DNA from: Corallochytrium limacisporum Hawaii
Lineage: Eukaryota; Protista; Pluriformea
Reading direction: 5' to 3'
Assembly (NCBI GenBank): GCA_002811645.1
Contig: PDIP01000003.1
Span: 628,026-692,025, forward strand
DNA: 64,000 nucleotides
In this document: positions 1 through 11,077 of the stretch, piece after piece
Layout of the letters: every line of letters begins with the position of its first letter
Position numbering within the stretch: position 1 is the stretch's first letter
Notes under the pieces: model-generated
The model's database searches: none
Told to the model about the DNA's origin: nothing
What the model saw: the letters and a program-made list of their open reading frames with translations, nothing else
Translations under genes and position numbers: made by a program

Positions 1-1020
1 TGGACATCATTCGGAAAGCATATTCCAAAGACCCGAATTATGAACAATAAGGATCAACTGCACAAGGCTGGTCTTTCGGAGTCGGCCATCCTTGATCCCC
101 GAATTGTCAGGATTTTTCAGGAGTGTCTGGATTTCTTTGAGCCAGAGATCACACCGCTGCGTCACCTTGAGACAGCAGAGAATCAGAAGTCTTCGCAGAA
201 GAAAAAGCGGCTTAAGTTCGTCAGTGCTGAGGATGAACTGTTCGCTGAGGGAATTCGTCTCTTCGGACACGACTACAAAATGATTGCACAGTATATTCTT
301 CCGCCGAAGATTGAGAAACAATTGCGATTCCGATACAAGAATGTGACTTCACGGGAAAAGGGAAAGGACAGGAACCCCTTGAGTGTGATTGCGAAGAACA
401 GTGAAGCACCACTTAGTGCTTTCGAGATTGAACTCCTGGAACAAGGCTTCGTAGTTGAAGAAGGTGATTTCAAGAAGATTCAAGCGAACTACCTTCCGTT
501 CAGAGAGGCTGAATTTATCGAAAAGAAATTCAAGAGACTGGACAAATCGAAACTTTTCCAGTTCTACGAGAATCAAATGACGCTAAGAAGCGGTCATGCA
601 CTGCAAAATCGTGAAGCGGACCGCGAAGACATCGCGTACCCGAATGTCCTCCGCAAAGACCTGGCCGAAGCGTTGCTTGAGCTGAAGAAGGACGATGGGG
701 TCGCATTCAACGGACTCTTGGATCGTCGACCGGGAGAAGACTCCGATTACTTTGGAGAACAGCCTGGACATCACATACACAGTACCGAAACGGCAGACAA
801 ACAGGAATTCATCGAGGAGGAAGAGGAACTTCTTGATCATTCCATTGCAGAGGAACTGTCCACGGCACAGAACCACCGAATGACCGTGTCCAGTGACTTC
901 CTCAGCTACTCCACAGCCATTCATCACAACATCGGTCATCATCAAAGTAATGGCGTCTCTGCCTTGCACAGTCATATGAGTCAAGGACTGGAACATGCAG
1001 AAGAGGAAGAGGAAATTTAA
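1..1020 (+). CDS. GON4L/YY1AP1-like Myb/SANT-domain nuclear protein, 5'-partial
   Basis: Frame is open from base 1. FVSAEDELFAEGIRLFG...IAQYILPPKIEKQLRFRYKN followed by a second SANT-like repeat (LSAFEIELLEQG...IQANYLPFR) resembles the conserved GON4L segment. Acidic tail. Confidence 0.6.
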   Translation, partial: WTSFGKHIPKTRIMNNKDQLHKAGLSESAILDPRIVRIFQECLDFFEPEITPLRHLETAENQKSSQKKKRLKFVSAEDELFAEGIRLFGHDYKMIAQYILPPKIEKQLRFRYKNVTSREKGKDRNPLSVIAKNSEAPLSAFEIELLEQGFVVEEGDFKKIQANYLPFREAEFIEKKFKRLDKSKLFQFYENQMTLRSGHALQNREADREDIAYPNVLRKDLAEALLELKKDDGVAFNGLLDRRPGEDSDYFGEQPGHHIHSTETADKQEFIEEEEELLDHSIAEELSTAQNHRMTVSSDFLSYSTAIHHNIGHHQSNGVSALHSHMSQGLEHAEEEEEI

Positions 1021-1131
1021 ATACAGACTTACATGTCCATGTGCACCCCTTGCAACAATGATGCACAGGGGCGTTTGTGACTTGGATTCCGAAACCACAG
1101 CCGCCGCTTACGACGATCCCCTCCCCACTCT

Positions 1132-1149
1132 CCCCCCCGGGGGGGGGGG
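1132..1149. repeat. C7G11 homopolymer palindrome
   Basis: Read directly from the sequence; intergenic. Confidence 0.9.
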
Positions 1150-1382
1150 CCCACCAGGGAGGTGGCAGTGTGGAGAGCTTCGATTACTAACCCATTCTCG
1201 ACTGTCCCCCTGACATGTAGCTCTCCACGCGAGGGCGAATGTCCAACACGTTTGCGGAGCTATTAAGTAGCGACAAGTTCCCTTGGATATAGAACTGTTG
1301 TAATCTAGCAGTCCAGAAGCGCAGTACCATTACATAAATAGAGGCATGTGGGATGGAATCAAAAGAGCCTCGATGGTAAGCC

Positions 1383-2255
1383 ATGTCATTGTTCGGTGAG
1401 CTGGTCGTAGGGCCGCCGGGGTCTGGTAAGACAACCTATTGCAAGGCAATGTGCCGGATGCTGGACGAAATAGGAAGAATCACAGTCTTGGTTAATTTGG
1501 ATCCTGCTAATGATCTGGAAATCGTATCGGATAGAAACGATCGGTTTATTGACATTTGTGAGCTTGTCACTTTAGAAGATGCTATGGAAGAACATCACCT
1601 CGGACCCAACGGTGGGCTTCTGCTGTGTATGGACATCATCGAAACCAACATAGACTGGTTGATTGGTCGGATACGGGACTGTGCAGAGAATTTTCGCAAA
1701 GATGGTTTGAGCCCGTATTTTGTGTTCGACTGCCCTGGCCAGGTTGAGCTGTACATCCATCACCAGTCTTTCAAGAAGATAGTGAGTGCACTGGAGAATG
1801 AATTTAAATTATGTGCAGTAAATGTTGTCGATGGCACATTGCTGCGATCACCGCAGGCATTTATCAGTCTAATGGCTACCAGCCTGGCACTCATGATCAA
1901 TCTGGAATTGCCGCAGGTGCATGTATTGTCAAAGATTGACATTGTCCGAACTGCTACGGATATGCCCTTAGCAATTGAAGACTGTTTGGATCCGGAAGGC
2001 TTTTTGAATGCCCTTTCTCGTAGCTCCTACTCTTTGGATAGAGAACGAAATCGACGTTATGCAGCGCTAGACGGTGCAATGATCGAGTTGGTAAACGACT
2101 ATGGCCTACTCGGATTCCAAATGTTGAGTGTGCGGGAACCTGAGACCCTGGTTGAAGTGCAAAAAGCCATTGACGCAGCCAACGGTTACTACTACGGTGA
2201 TCTAGAGCATGTTGATCTAGAAACTGTTGCGCAGATCCTGAAGAACACGGAATAA
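1383..2255 (+). CDS. GPN2: GPN-loop GTPase 2
   Basis: GPPGSGKTTYC P-loop, VNLDPAND, LGPNGGL, FDCPGQVELY, VLSKID, IDAANGY. Confidence 0.92.
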   Translation: MSLFGELVVGPPGSGKTTYCKAMCRMLDEIGRITVLVNLDPANDLEIVSDRNDRFIDICELVTLEDAMEEHHLGPNGGLLLCMDIIETNIDWLIGRIRDCAENFRKDGLSPYFVFDCPGQVELYIHHQSFKKIVSALENEFKLCAVNVVDGTLLRSPQAFISLMATSLALMINLELPQVHVLSKIDIVRTATDMPLAIEDCLDPEGFLNALSRSSYSLDRERNRRYAALDGAMIELVNDYGLLGFQMLSVREPETLVEVQKAIDAANGYYYGDLEHVDLETVAQILKNTE

Positions 2256-2327
2256 GCATGGGTCTGCATCGTTAAAACGATATTATCTCAGTGTACACTA
2301 TACATTCATTCATGGTTGTGGTTTGTT

Positions 2328-3308
2328 TCAGATCATTTTCCGGTTTTCTGATGAAGATGACACGGGCCACAGAATACTTCGGTACGGTGTCCACGAAAAT
2401 GCGTCGCAGATGCCAGTTTGGGTGTATGCATCGCGGATACCTTTGGAAAGTGCTAACCACACGAAAATCCGCAAAAACCTGTCAATGGACTTGCCCCGAG
2501 GACCGGTACGTTGCAGGGCATTCCGCAGGGCCGAGAGTGGGAATTGAACCACGACGCTACTGCTGACGAGGTAGCCCAGCAGAGCTGCACTGGCATCGAT
2601 CAGGGCAGCCGAACGAAGCTTGGCCTGCATGAGTTGCTTAATCAGTTGTGAGTGCTTCTCCAATTCGGCTTTCTGCTTTTCCCGGTCCTTCTTGTACTCT
2701 TCGATGGCTCGCTGCAAATCATCCCTTGTTTGGTTCAGCTTGGCCTGTAGGTCGGCACTGATCTCTTCATGCTTTGCCACTTCCTCTTCCATTGAGTTAA
2801 GAGTTGTCTGCAACTCAGCGATCTTGCGGGTCTGACTAATTGACTGCAACTTCAACTCCTGTATCCGCTCCTGGCCTTGCCTGGCAATGAGTTCGAGCTT
2901 TCTCGACCTGAGGTGATTAGCATAGCTAACCATATAGTGGAACTTATGCAAGTTCATGCTTGCTTCATTGACCGCATTTTGATGTTCCATTTGCGTTCCC
3001 ATGGCCCGCACCAATTCGGTGAGACGTGCATCGTCAGCACTTGTGGGAGGCATGAACATTCCTTCGCTGATGGTCTTGTGCAGATTACCCAGACGAGAAA
3101 CGCTGTCCGTGAACCTTCGGTACTGTGCATTCGCCAATTGGTTTGACGGATTGCTTGGCGTCCTCGGACTTCCCATAGAATCTGACCGCGTCTTGTCGGC
3201 TGATCGGGACGAAAACGATGAGGGCTGCCGTCTGCTGGCAGAGCCATTCAACCCAATAGGAGTCAATGGCGCGGCAGCCATACTGCTTGCTTCCTGTGTT
3301 CTGACCAT
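2328..3308 (-). CDS. Hypothetical coiled-coil protein with C-terminal hydrophobic segments
   Basis: Long ORF with a Ser-rich N-terminus, ~100 aa heptad-rich region and two hydrophobic stretches near the C-terminus. First ATG at 3308. Confidence 0.7.
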   Translation of the reverse strand: MVRTQEASSMAAAPLTPIGLNGSASRRQPSSFSSRSADKTRSDSMGSPRTPSNPSNQLANAQYRRFTDSVSRLGNLHKTISEGMFMPPTSADDARLTELVRAMGTQMEHQNAVNEASMNLHKFHYMVSYANHLRSRKLELIARQGQERIQELKLQSISQTRKIAELQTTLNSMEEEVAKHEEISADLQAKLNQTRDDLQRAIEEYKKDREKQKAELEKHSQLIKQLMQAKLRSAALIDASAALLGYLVSSSVVVQFPLSALRNALQRTGPRGKSIDRFLRIFVWLALSKGIRDAYTQTGICDAFSWTPYRSILWPVSSSSENRKMI

Positions 3309-5288
3309 TTCAGTTTTGATAGTTTTCGTTTCCAAAAGTCAGCCTTTGTCTTCAATAAGAATGTCGACACCCCTCCTAGGTACTTAAGAGATCAATCCCT
3401 ACTCATAAAGTACCTAAGTGAGCGCACTGGGACCCGCGCAATCGATCTGACAACTCGCTCGCCCGAACGCTCCTTTCTCTATGCAAGGTCCCTTGCACCA
3501 CTGGTACCCTACCTTCCTCGCAACCTATATTTCGCCACCAAAAATAAACTGTGGGTGTTCTGCGGTACTGCTGCGACCCCTTCTTTTATCTGTCGCTGGG
3601 GACAGCTGTGGTTTGAGTACGCATTGGGTGCAGGGGCGATGTAGGCGACTGCTTCTGTTTACTATGAAACATTGCAATTGTGTGATCTCCACATAGCACC
3701 AAGAGGGCGGCGGGCGGGAAAACAATAACTGAACTCCACATTAATCATATTAGTAAGGAGACACAGAACCGATAATTGATCATATTTTATTGATTTCATG
3801 GTTCTGACTATATGCAAGAAGGCAGAGTTCCAATGACACATATTTTTTCGCGCATCACTCACCATCCATCATCGCGATTACATGACCGAACCGGGGGTCG
3901 CTATTGACGTCTTTTGCGCGGATGAGTTGCCGGCAGGAGTTACGCTGTCCGGTGCTGGTAAGATTCTTCCATTCCACTGCGTCCTTGTCAATCTGTTAAC
4001 ACTCCGAAAACTGTTTGAACCGCTTTCTCCTGTCGTTTTGACCGAGCAGGCGCGCCCCAAAAAGATACCCACCCGTACATTCAGTATCAGACTGGGCTGC
4101 TCGCTCAGTGAGTCTACTGCAACATGTGATTTCTGCCGCACACAGGCCGAGCATTCCTCTTCCGAATGAGAAGGATTCTGGTCAGCATTCTATCTATTTA
4201 TTCACAATGTGAGAATGCGGAGTGCTCAGCGCTTCTGTGAAACAAATCAGTTGTTCTTCGAATTGACCGTCGCATGCGTGGTGTGCCGAATGCGGTGGGC
4301 GTTAAAGAATCGGGAATGCTAAACTACACGCGCACAACAGGTGGTAGAAATTTGAGTATGCATTTGGGTGCCGCCCAGAATTTCTGGTTCACTGTGCGTC
4401 ATCCAACGGCGGCCATAAACGACAATCGAAACATCACACAGCACACGTCTCGTGGAGTCCACTCTGCCCCACCCCCCCTCAGCCACGCTCTCCCACACAC
4501 AACACAAGGCACAATGTTTTGGCGCTTTTTGGTGACCACACAGTGTACAGACCCCAAAGAATTTGGGGCGTTCCCCGCAACGTTGGCCATTCGATCAAGA
4601 AACTTGGCTGGGGAGCTCGCAAACGGGACCAATACACTATTAGGTCTTCTTTGGACTTGGACACCCGTGGTGTACCAAAGCGAGCACTCATCTCCTTCTC
4701 TCTTTTCTGGATATTAGAATGATGGCTGTGTATGTATGTCCTCCCCTTCCGTCCGTTGTATAGAACCCGTCTGTTAGAGCGCATCTCATCAAATAGAGGG
4801 GAGGTTGGGGAAACTCCTGTCGCCGGATCTGAAACGGGCACGGTGAGTATTGGACAATTAGTCCAAAAACTTCGACCGGGGAACCAAACTTTTCAATGTG
4901 TATTGCTTTCTTCAAGTGTCCTTCCAACCTGGCCAGATGACCTGTCGAGTACCACTTTGGGTGAAAAAGAGTGAAAAAGCCACTTTGAATTGCCAAATCA
5001 CACGCCACACACACGCTCAGCACGCCGACAACTCAGTCTCTCGGAAGTTGCCATCGATGCGCACCAGAAATGAAAGCACCCACCTTGACACCATATCCAA
5101 CGTCGCGAGCGTCTGGAGTCGCACACGGAGCAACCGACTGCGGGCCCCGGACATACTTGTCTTCGAGAGTTCCTCGATCAGGTAGTTGAGGAATAATCCC
5201 CACCTTATGCAATCTGAACCCACACGTTACCATGTTTGCGCATGGGATAGGTATATTGGGAAATGGCCATAGTCAGAACTCTGTCACC

Positions 5289-6149
5289 ATGAACGACGTG
5301 ATCGACCAAACGCTGGCGCAGTTTGCCAACCTCGAAATATTTGAGAACATGCGCCCCTGGAAGAGTGAGGAAGAGTTTCGCAAGGTCCACCCTGTGCGCC
5401 AATTGGATGATGTGAATCCCGAGCTGTTCGCTCTGCCTTCATGGACGACGGCTCTGTATATTGCTCTCGTGGCTTACGGTCTGTGGGTTACCTCTCCGGG
5501 AAGCCCTCAGTCTCAGGGCCCAGTCCGTCGTGTTAGCCAGACCTTTATGAAATCATATAACGGGGTGCAGGTCATCTACAACCTAATTACTGTCATTGTG
5601 ACTCTTTTAGCCGTCTACCACGGAGTTGTCTTTGCAGGTAATGACCTTGGTATTTGGGTCAGCAATCCTTGGATTCAGCCTGCCATCAGTCTGCACTACT
5701 TCTCCAAGTATCTTGACTGTGTGGACACCTACATCATTGTTCAGAATCGCAAGCGCGACCAACTATCTTTCCTGCACTACTACCATCACGTCAGCATCAT
5801 CTGGTGTTGGTTCATGGTCCTGTACTACCGTCCCGACCCTGATGCCTACCTCGGATGCCTCCTTAACTCCTTCGTGCACACTATTATGTACGGATACTAT
5901 CTCTGCAGCTGCTATGGAATCAAGGTGCCATTGGTGATTAAGAAGAACATTACCAATCTGCAAATGGTCCAGTTCTTGACAGTGACCTCCCAAAGTGTCT
6001 TCGTCATACTCTACCGGGAAGATAGCCGCGCTCCGATGGCATGGCTGCAGCTGTGGGAGATGATGTCTCTGTTCGTGCTCTTCGGTCTGTGGCGCATGAC
6101 TCGGTACGCTGCCCCTGCTAAGGCAACTAAGGCAGCCAAGGCTGCATAG
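5289..6149 (+). CDS. ELO/GNS1-SUR4 family fatty acid elongase
   Basis: YFSKYLDCVDT, QLSFLHYYHH (HxxHH box), NSFVHTIMYGYY, ITNLQMVQF; multiple TM segments. ATG 5289 (cacc ATG) preferred over in-frame 5232. Confidence 0.93.
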   Translation: MNDVIDQTLAQFANLEIFENMRPWKSEEEFRKVHPVRQLDDVNPELFALPSWTTALYIALVAYGLWVTSPGSPQSQGPVRRVSQTFMKSYNGVQVIYNLITVIVTLLAVYHGVVFAGNDLGIWVSNPWIQPAISLHYFSKYLDCVDTYIIVQNRKRDQLSFLHYYHHVSIIWCWFMVLYYRPDPDAYLGCLLNSFVHTIMYGYYLCSCYGIKVPLVIKKNITNLQMVQFLTVTSQSVFVILYREDSRAPMAWLQLWEMMSLFVLFGLWRMTRYAAPAKATKAAKAA

Positions 6150-6511
6150 GTACACAGAGATGTATGCACGTACGAAGGTTGAAATAACAAACTAGCGCAT
6201 GGGCATGTGTCCCTGCAATAAGGCATAGATATATATTTATAGTAATGACATCGTATACGGTACTCTAGTGAAGTGGTAGTGAACTGTAGAGAAGAGCAAG
6301 CAAAGCATCGGAAAGGAGATATTGGAGCAGAGAATTGTCGATGAAACATTGTGAAAGTTGCATAAAATGAGATTAGGTCCCGCAGTGCAGGATAAAAATC
6401 GCCTTCTGGCCAACCCAAGCCAATTCAGAGAGAAAAGAAATATGGAAAGGAGATGAGGAAGGAAGAGGCAAGATAAAGTTAAGGATAGCAGAGAGATTTG
6501 GCAAAGATCGG

Positions 6512-6728
6512 GGCCGGCTGCGTCCAGCTGGAAGTGTGCAACGCTGAACCAACCGAGAGCATAGGCCTTCAATGCAAGCACCAAAGTTAACTCCGGAAAG
6601 ATGCCATACGCCCGAAGCCCCTTTAAAAATCAAAATAACCACATGAAGTGCTGTGCACTTCGTATCAGTGATTAAGCTGATAAGAACAGATACTACACTT
6701 GATCTTAGCCAAAATGGCCAGAAGCGAT
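6512..6728 (-). ncRNA. U2: U2 spliceosomal snRNA
   Basis: Minus strand reads ATCGCTTCTGGCCATTTTGGCTAAGATCAAGTGTAGTATCTGTTCTTATCAG (canonical U2 5' end with GUAGUA branch-pairing sequence), then a U-rich Sm-like site and a 3' stem-loop IV with TTGCAC in the loop. The 3' end is approximate. Confidence 0.95.
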
Positions 6729-7174
6729 AAGACAGCCAACTTAATGTCCTGAGCTGTGATTAGCGGCCGTTTTTAAATACCAACCCTTCAGAACAGACAA
6801 CAAGGTGACCTATCTCATACAGTACCCACAGGGACAACGACCACAACTGTGCTAGAGCCCCATACTTCTGCCAAGCCACACTCCCGCGCTTTATGAAGAC
6901 CTTCTCGTGTGGCCGAAAATCCAAAAAGCATGCTTCGGTGGGCGCCGCCTTGTTCCCCACCTCTCTTGTATACTCGGTATACCGCCACGTTCACGTATAT
7001 CAATACATTCAAAGGGCGGTTCTAGTAGAAATTTCTTTAATTGATCAATATATGAGTGGCACGCGTTGTCACAATACATATATATTACTCAAGTGGGATG
7101 CAGCAAATCAATATATGCTCTGGTGCAAACCCCTAGAGGCCTCGGAATCCACCCTGGTCAGAGGTTCAAAGAGA

Positions 7175-7708
7175 TCAATCCTCCATGCGATCGTAGTACT
7201 CTATCCTTATCTCTTCGACACATTCAGCAATATCTTCATTGATGGCGCCCAATGTTTTACGGAGGTCTTTCACGATGGCTTCGGTGTGGGAAAAGATCTT
7301 TGACTCTTGGTCGTCTATTCCTTTCAGATCATACAGTGACAAATGCAATTCTACAGTTTTTTCTAGTTTCGACTTCTCTAGTCCTTGCCATTTTTCGATC
7401 AGACTAACCCAGGCCTGATAAGCTCCGGATTTCTCTTCTAGCTGCGACTTGTCGTCCAGGATGGATGTAGAGATATCTTTGAACTTGTCAGTCACAGTTT
7501 TCATGATCTGACGGTAAGCCACGAAACTCTCTTCTGCTTCGGATTCGTTATATTCCTTGAACGCATTATCTAGGACTGCGTAGGTCAACGCTCTCTGTTC
7601 GTAAGAATCCAGGAGGTGTTTCAGCACTCTGATCTCAAAGTCTTTTGGACCTTCCCCGTTGTTCCCAGGTACTGCCATGCTCGCTGTCAAGCCTCCAGTT
7701 ATTCTCAT
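7175..7708 (-). CDS. REX1B (required for excision 1-B / C19orf60)-like protein
   Basis: All-helical 177 aa. The pattern EQRALTY..LDNAF..Y...Y.QIM..VT.KF..IS...LIEKWQ.LEK.KL..T...AINE..EEIR.E resembles the REX1B family. Start could be 7678. Confidence 0.6.
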   Translation of the reverse strand: MRITGGLTASMAVPGNNGEGPKDFEIRVLKHLLDSYEQRALTYAVLDNAFKEYNESEAEESFVAYRQIMKTVTDKFKDISTSILDDKSQLEEKSGAYQAWVSLIEKWQGLEKSKLEKTVELHLSLYDLKGIDDQESKIFSHTEAIVKDLRKTLGAINEDIAECVEEIRIEYYDRMED

Positions 7709-8052
7709 GATCTCAGCATCCGCAGCCAGTCACATCATACAAAATTTCTGACCTGAAATAGGTTTAGACCGTGCTCGCGTACTCCTTGAGTTCACATCTA
7801 TGTTCTCCACTACTTTCAATTTCTTTGAGAAGGCACGTCGTCGGTTTCAGAAAAATCTTCAGTCCGGCTTGCCCTCCCTGGCACGGCGGTAGGGGCGAGC
7901 CTCAGGACCACGGTGGGAGAGATTCTCCCCAAATTCCACATTGGATGTCTGTGACATATATCCCTGCTATTTGAAAACAACGGTGATGGACAAACACAGA
8001 TTGTTGTTCCATTGAGGCCATGGTGAAGAAATATGAAACATGTGCAACTAGC

Positions 8053-8610
8053 ATGTTGTGTGTAGCAAGATCTAGAAGGGGTGTACTATGGGTAAACCCA
8101 TTCAGGGCGGTGTCTGCGGTGAGGTCCAAACACGCAAGGGTCAACGCGGATGACCTGCACCCGCTGGGTTTTGGGCCCTACAAGGACACTAAGTCAGCCG
8201 AGGACTTAACAGAGACAGAGAAAGACAACCTTATGGGGCGATCATTCCAGCCCAATCTCTATCTCTGGAACCTCCGTCGATTCCATGAAGCAGCTCAAGA
8301 GATTGACGATGTACAGAGAGACGCCACGCTGCCCAACTGGGGTCCCTTCTTACAGTTCACCAATGAAAGCATAGATTACGAACGGTACGCCACATTGAAC
8401 GATGTCGAATATTCTCCAAAGGAAGTTCGATCGTTATACCGGAGATGCTTGAAGTTTTGCGACGATTTCGAAGGACTCAGTGATATTTCAGTGATTCGTT
8501 CTCAGATACAAAAGGAGTTCCGCAAGCCTGTACGGGATAATGACGAAGGCAAGTGGCAGTGTCAACGAGCTCATCACTTTCTTAACACCGCTTGTCACAA
8601 AATTATTTAA
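8053..8610 (+). CDS. Mitochondrial LYR-motif protein
   Basis: Arg-rich presequence-like N-terminus (MLCVARSRRG...); EVRSLYRRCLK...IRSQIQKEFRK LYR domain at the C-terminus. Alternative start 8020. Confidence 0.65.
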   Translation: MLCVARSRRGVLWVNPFRAVSAVRSKHARVNADDLHPLGFGPYKDTKSAEDLTETEKDNLMGRSFQPNLYLWNLRRFHEAAQEIDDVQRDATLPNWGPFLQFTNESIDYERYATLNDVEYSPKEVRSLYRRCLKFCDDFEGLSDISVIRSQIQKEFRKPVRDNDEGKWQCQRAHHFLNTACHKII

Positions 8611-8830
8611 GAAGTACTCCGACACATGTAGTAAAGAATTAGACGTATGGATATCAAATGGGGTGTGGATTGTTGCTTTAACATCCTGCAGGTCAGCGGA
8701 AAGAGAATCTGAAAATTCGAAATACAAATGAATGGAAGTATTTGTTATATATTAAACATGATATGGTAGACTTTGAGGCGCTGGAAGGAATTCGAGAAAG
8801 AGATTAGGGCTCTTGAGGTGAGAGGCGCGT

Positions 8831-11077
8831 TCACTTTGAGGCAGCACCCTCTTCACCGTCAAGGTTGCGATCGATGGCATCCACTACCTTTGTGGCAGCA
8901 ACGGGGATACGGGTGCCCGGTCCAAAGACCTCAGCCACACCGGCTTCCTTCAGGAAATCATAATCGCGTGGAGGGATGACGCCACCGCAGATGATGACCA
9001 TGTCGTCACGGCCCAGTTTCTTGAGCTCTTCAATAACAGCGGGGACCAGGGTCTTGTGACCAGCGGCCTGACTGGAGATTCCCACGGCGTGGACATCAGC
9101 GTCGACAGCCTGGCGAGCAACCTCAGCAGGGGTCTGGAAAAGAGGACCAACATCAACGTCAAAGCCCAAGTCAGAGAAACCGGTTGCGATGACCTTGGCT
9201 CCACGATCGTGTCCGTCCTGGCCCATCTTTGCCACCAGAATACGAGGGCGACGACCGTACTTCTCGCTAAAGGCCTCAATCTTCTTGATACCATTTTCAA
9301 TGTCTGAGCTCACACCGTACTCACTCTTATATGCTCCGCTCACCAGGCGCTCTTCTGGCTTGTGGCGACCAAATACGACCTCCATGGCATCACTGATCTC
9401 TCCCACAGTAGCACGGGCGCGGGCAGCGTCAATAGCCAGGCCCAGGAGATTTCCGCTAGAGGTCTTTGCAGCCTCGGTAATGGCATCCAGGGTTTGCTTG
9501 CACTTTGCCTCATCACGTTCAGCCCGGATTTTCTTTAGCTTTTCCACTTGAGAGGCAAGCACCTGCCGGTTGTCAATCTCCAACACATCCACGCTCTCTG
9601 CCAAATCGGAGATATACTTATTGGTGCCCACAATGGTCTCGGAGCCGGAATCAATGCGGGCCTGACGCCTGGCAGCGGCCTCCTCAATGCGCAACTTGGG
9701 CATACCACTAGCTACAGCCTTGGCCATGCCTCCCAATTCCTCGACTTCATCGTAGATCTCCCGTGCAGCCCGGTAGACTTCATCGGTCAGCGCCTCCATC
9801 ATGTAGGATCCGGCCCATGGATCAGCAACCTTGGTAATGTGGGATTCTTCCTGCAAAATTAACTGGGTGTTACGTGCGATGCGCGCACTGAAAGGAGTAG
9901 GCAGACCCAGGGCTTCGTCAAAGGAATTTGTGTGCAGGGACTGGGTGCCGCCGAACACGGAAGCCATGGCTTCGATGGTCGTACGGACAACGTTGTTATA
10001 TGCATCCTGCTCCTGCAGGGACCAGCCAGAGGTTTGGGAATGAGTACGCAGCATTGTGCTCTTAGGGTTCTTGGGCTGGAAGTTTTCGGTCATTAATTCG
10101 GCCCACAGACGACGCGCTGCACGCATTTTTGCGATTTCCATGTAGAAGTTCATGCCAATAGCCCAGAAGAAGGACAGACGTGGTGCAAACTTATCGACAT
10201 CAAGACCAGCCTTGATACCGGTACGTACGTATTCAATGCCGTCAGCAATTGTGAACGCCATTTCGAGAACCGTATCGGCACCAGCTTCCTGCAGATGGTA
10301 ACCGGAGATGGAGATGGAGTTCCATTTGGGCATATTCTGACTGGTATATGCAAAGATATCAGAAATAATCCGCATGCTAGGCTCCGGGGGATAGATAAAG
10401 GTGTTACGCACCATGAACTCTTTCAAAATATCATTCTGGATGGTACCCGCAAGTTCCTTCTGCTGTGCACCTTGTTCCTCGGCGGCCACAATGTACATGG
10501 CCATAACGGGCAGCACAGCACCGTTCATGGTCATAGAGGTGGAGATCTTGTTCAGTGGAATATCCTGGAACAGGCGCTTCATATCCTCCACGCTGTCGAT
10601 GGCGACACCAGCCATACCCACATCACCGTACACGCGCTCGTTGTCAGAGTCGTAGCCACGGTGCGTAGCGAGATCGAAGGCAACACTGAGACCCTGCTGA
10701 CCGGCCTTCAGGTTAGCCTTGTAAAACTTGTTGGACTCTTCGACAGTAGAGAAACCGGCATACTGGCGAATGGTCCATGGCTTCACCGTGTACATGGTGT
10801 TGTAAGGACCGCGAGTGAAAGGAAACTGACCTGGAAGTTCGTCGGAAAGGCCTTCCACGTCAGCCTGGGTGTACACTGGCTTAATGTTGACACCGTCAGG
10901 TGTCCGCCAGACAAGGGACTCTGGATCGCGACCCTTCATCTCCTTTTCGGCGTTCTTCTTCCATCCTTCGTTCAACGGTACGTCCACCTTAGTTCGGACC
11001 GTATTGAGGATGGCAGTCTTGCCCGGGAAGGCACTGATGCGGTTTGCGACCTTTCCGACGCGAGGAAGGTACACCAT
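8831..11077 (-). CDS. MMUT: Methylmalonyl-CoA mutase (adenosylcobalamin-dependent), mitochondrial
   Basis: [41 protein letters not shown] and the B12-binding [14 protein letters not shown] motif. Confidence 0.98.
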   Translation of the reverse strand: MVYLPRVGKVANRISAFPGKTAILNTVRTKVDVPLNEGWKKNAEKEMKGRDPESLVWRTPDGVNIKPVYTQADVEGLSDELPGQFPFTRGPYNTMYTVKPWTIRQYAGFSTVEESNKFYKANLKAGQQGLSVAFDLATHRGYDSDNERVYGDVGMAGVAIDSVEDMKRLFQDIPLNKISTSMTMNGAVLPVMAMYIVAAEEQGAQQKELAGTIQNDILKEFMVRNTFIYPPEPSMRIISDIFAYTSQNMPKWNSISISGYHLQEAGADTVLEMAFTIADGIEYVRTGIKAGLDVDKFAPRLSFFWAIGMNFYMEIAKMRAARRLWAELMTENFQPKNPKSTMLRTHSQTSGWSLQEQDAYNNVVRTTIEAMASVFGGTQSLHTNSFDEALGLPTPFSARIARNTQLILQEESHITKVADPWAGSYMMEALTDEVYRAAREIYDEVEELGGMAKAVASGMPKLRIEEAAARRQARIDSGSETIVGTNKYISDLAESVDVLEIDNRQVLASQVEKLKKIRAERDEAKCKQTLDAITEAAKTSSGNLLGLAIDAARARATVGEISDAMEVVFGRHKPEERLVSGAYKSEYGVSSDIENGIKKIEAFSEKYGRRPRILVAKMGQDGHDRGAKVIATGFSDLGFDVDVGPLFQTPAEVARQAVDADVHAVGISSQAAGHKTLVPAVIEELKKLGRDDMVIICGGVIPPRDYDFLKEAGVAEVFGPGTRIPVAATKVVDAIDRNLDGEEGAASK

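Noticed and set aside
1185-1220. TACTAAC...TAG branch point and acceptor upstream of GPN2
   Set aside because: No convincing upstream donor; not enough to call an intron.
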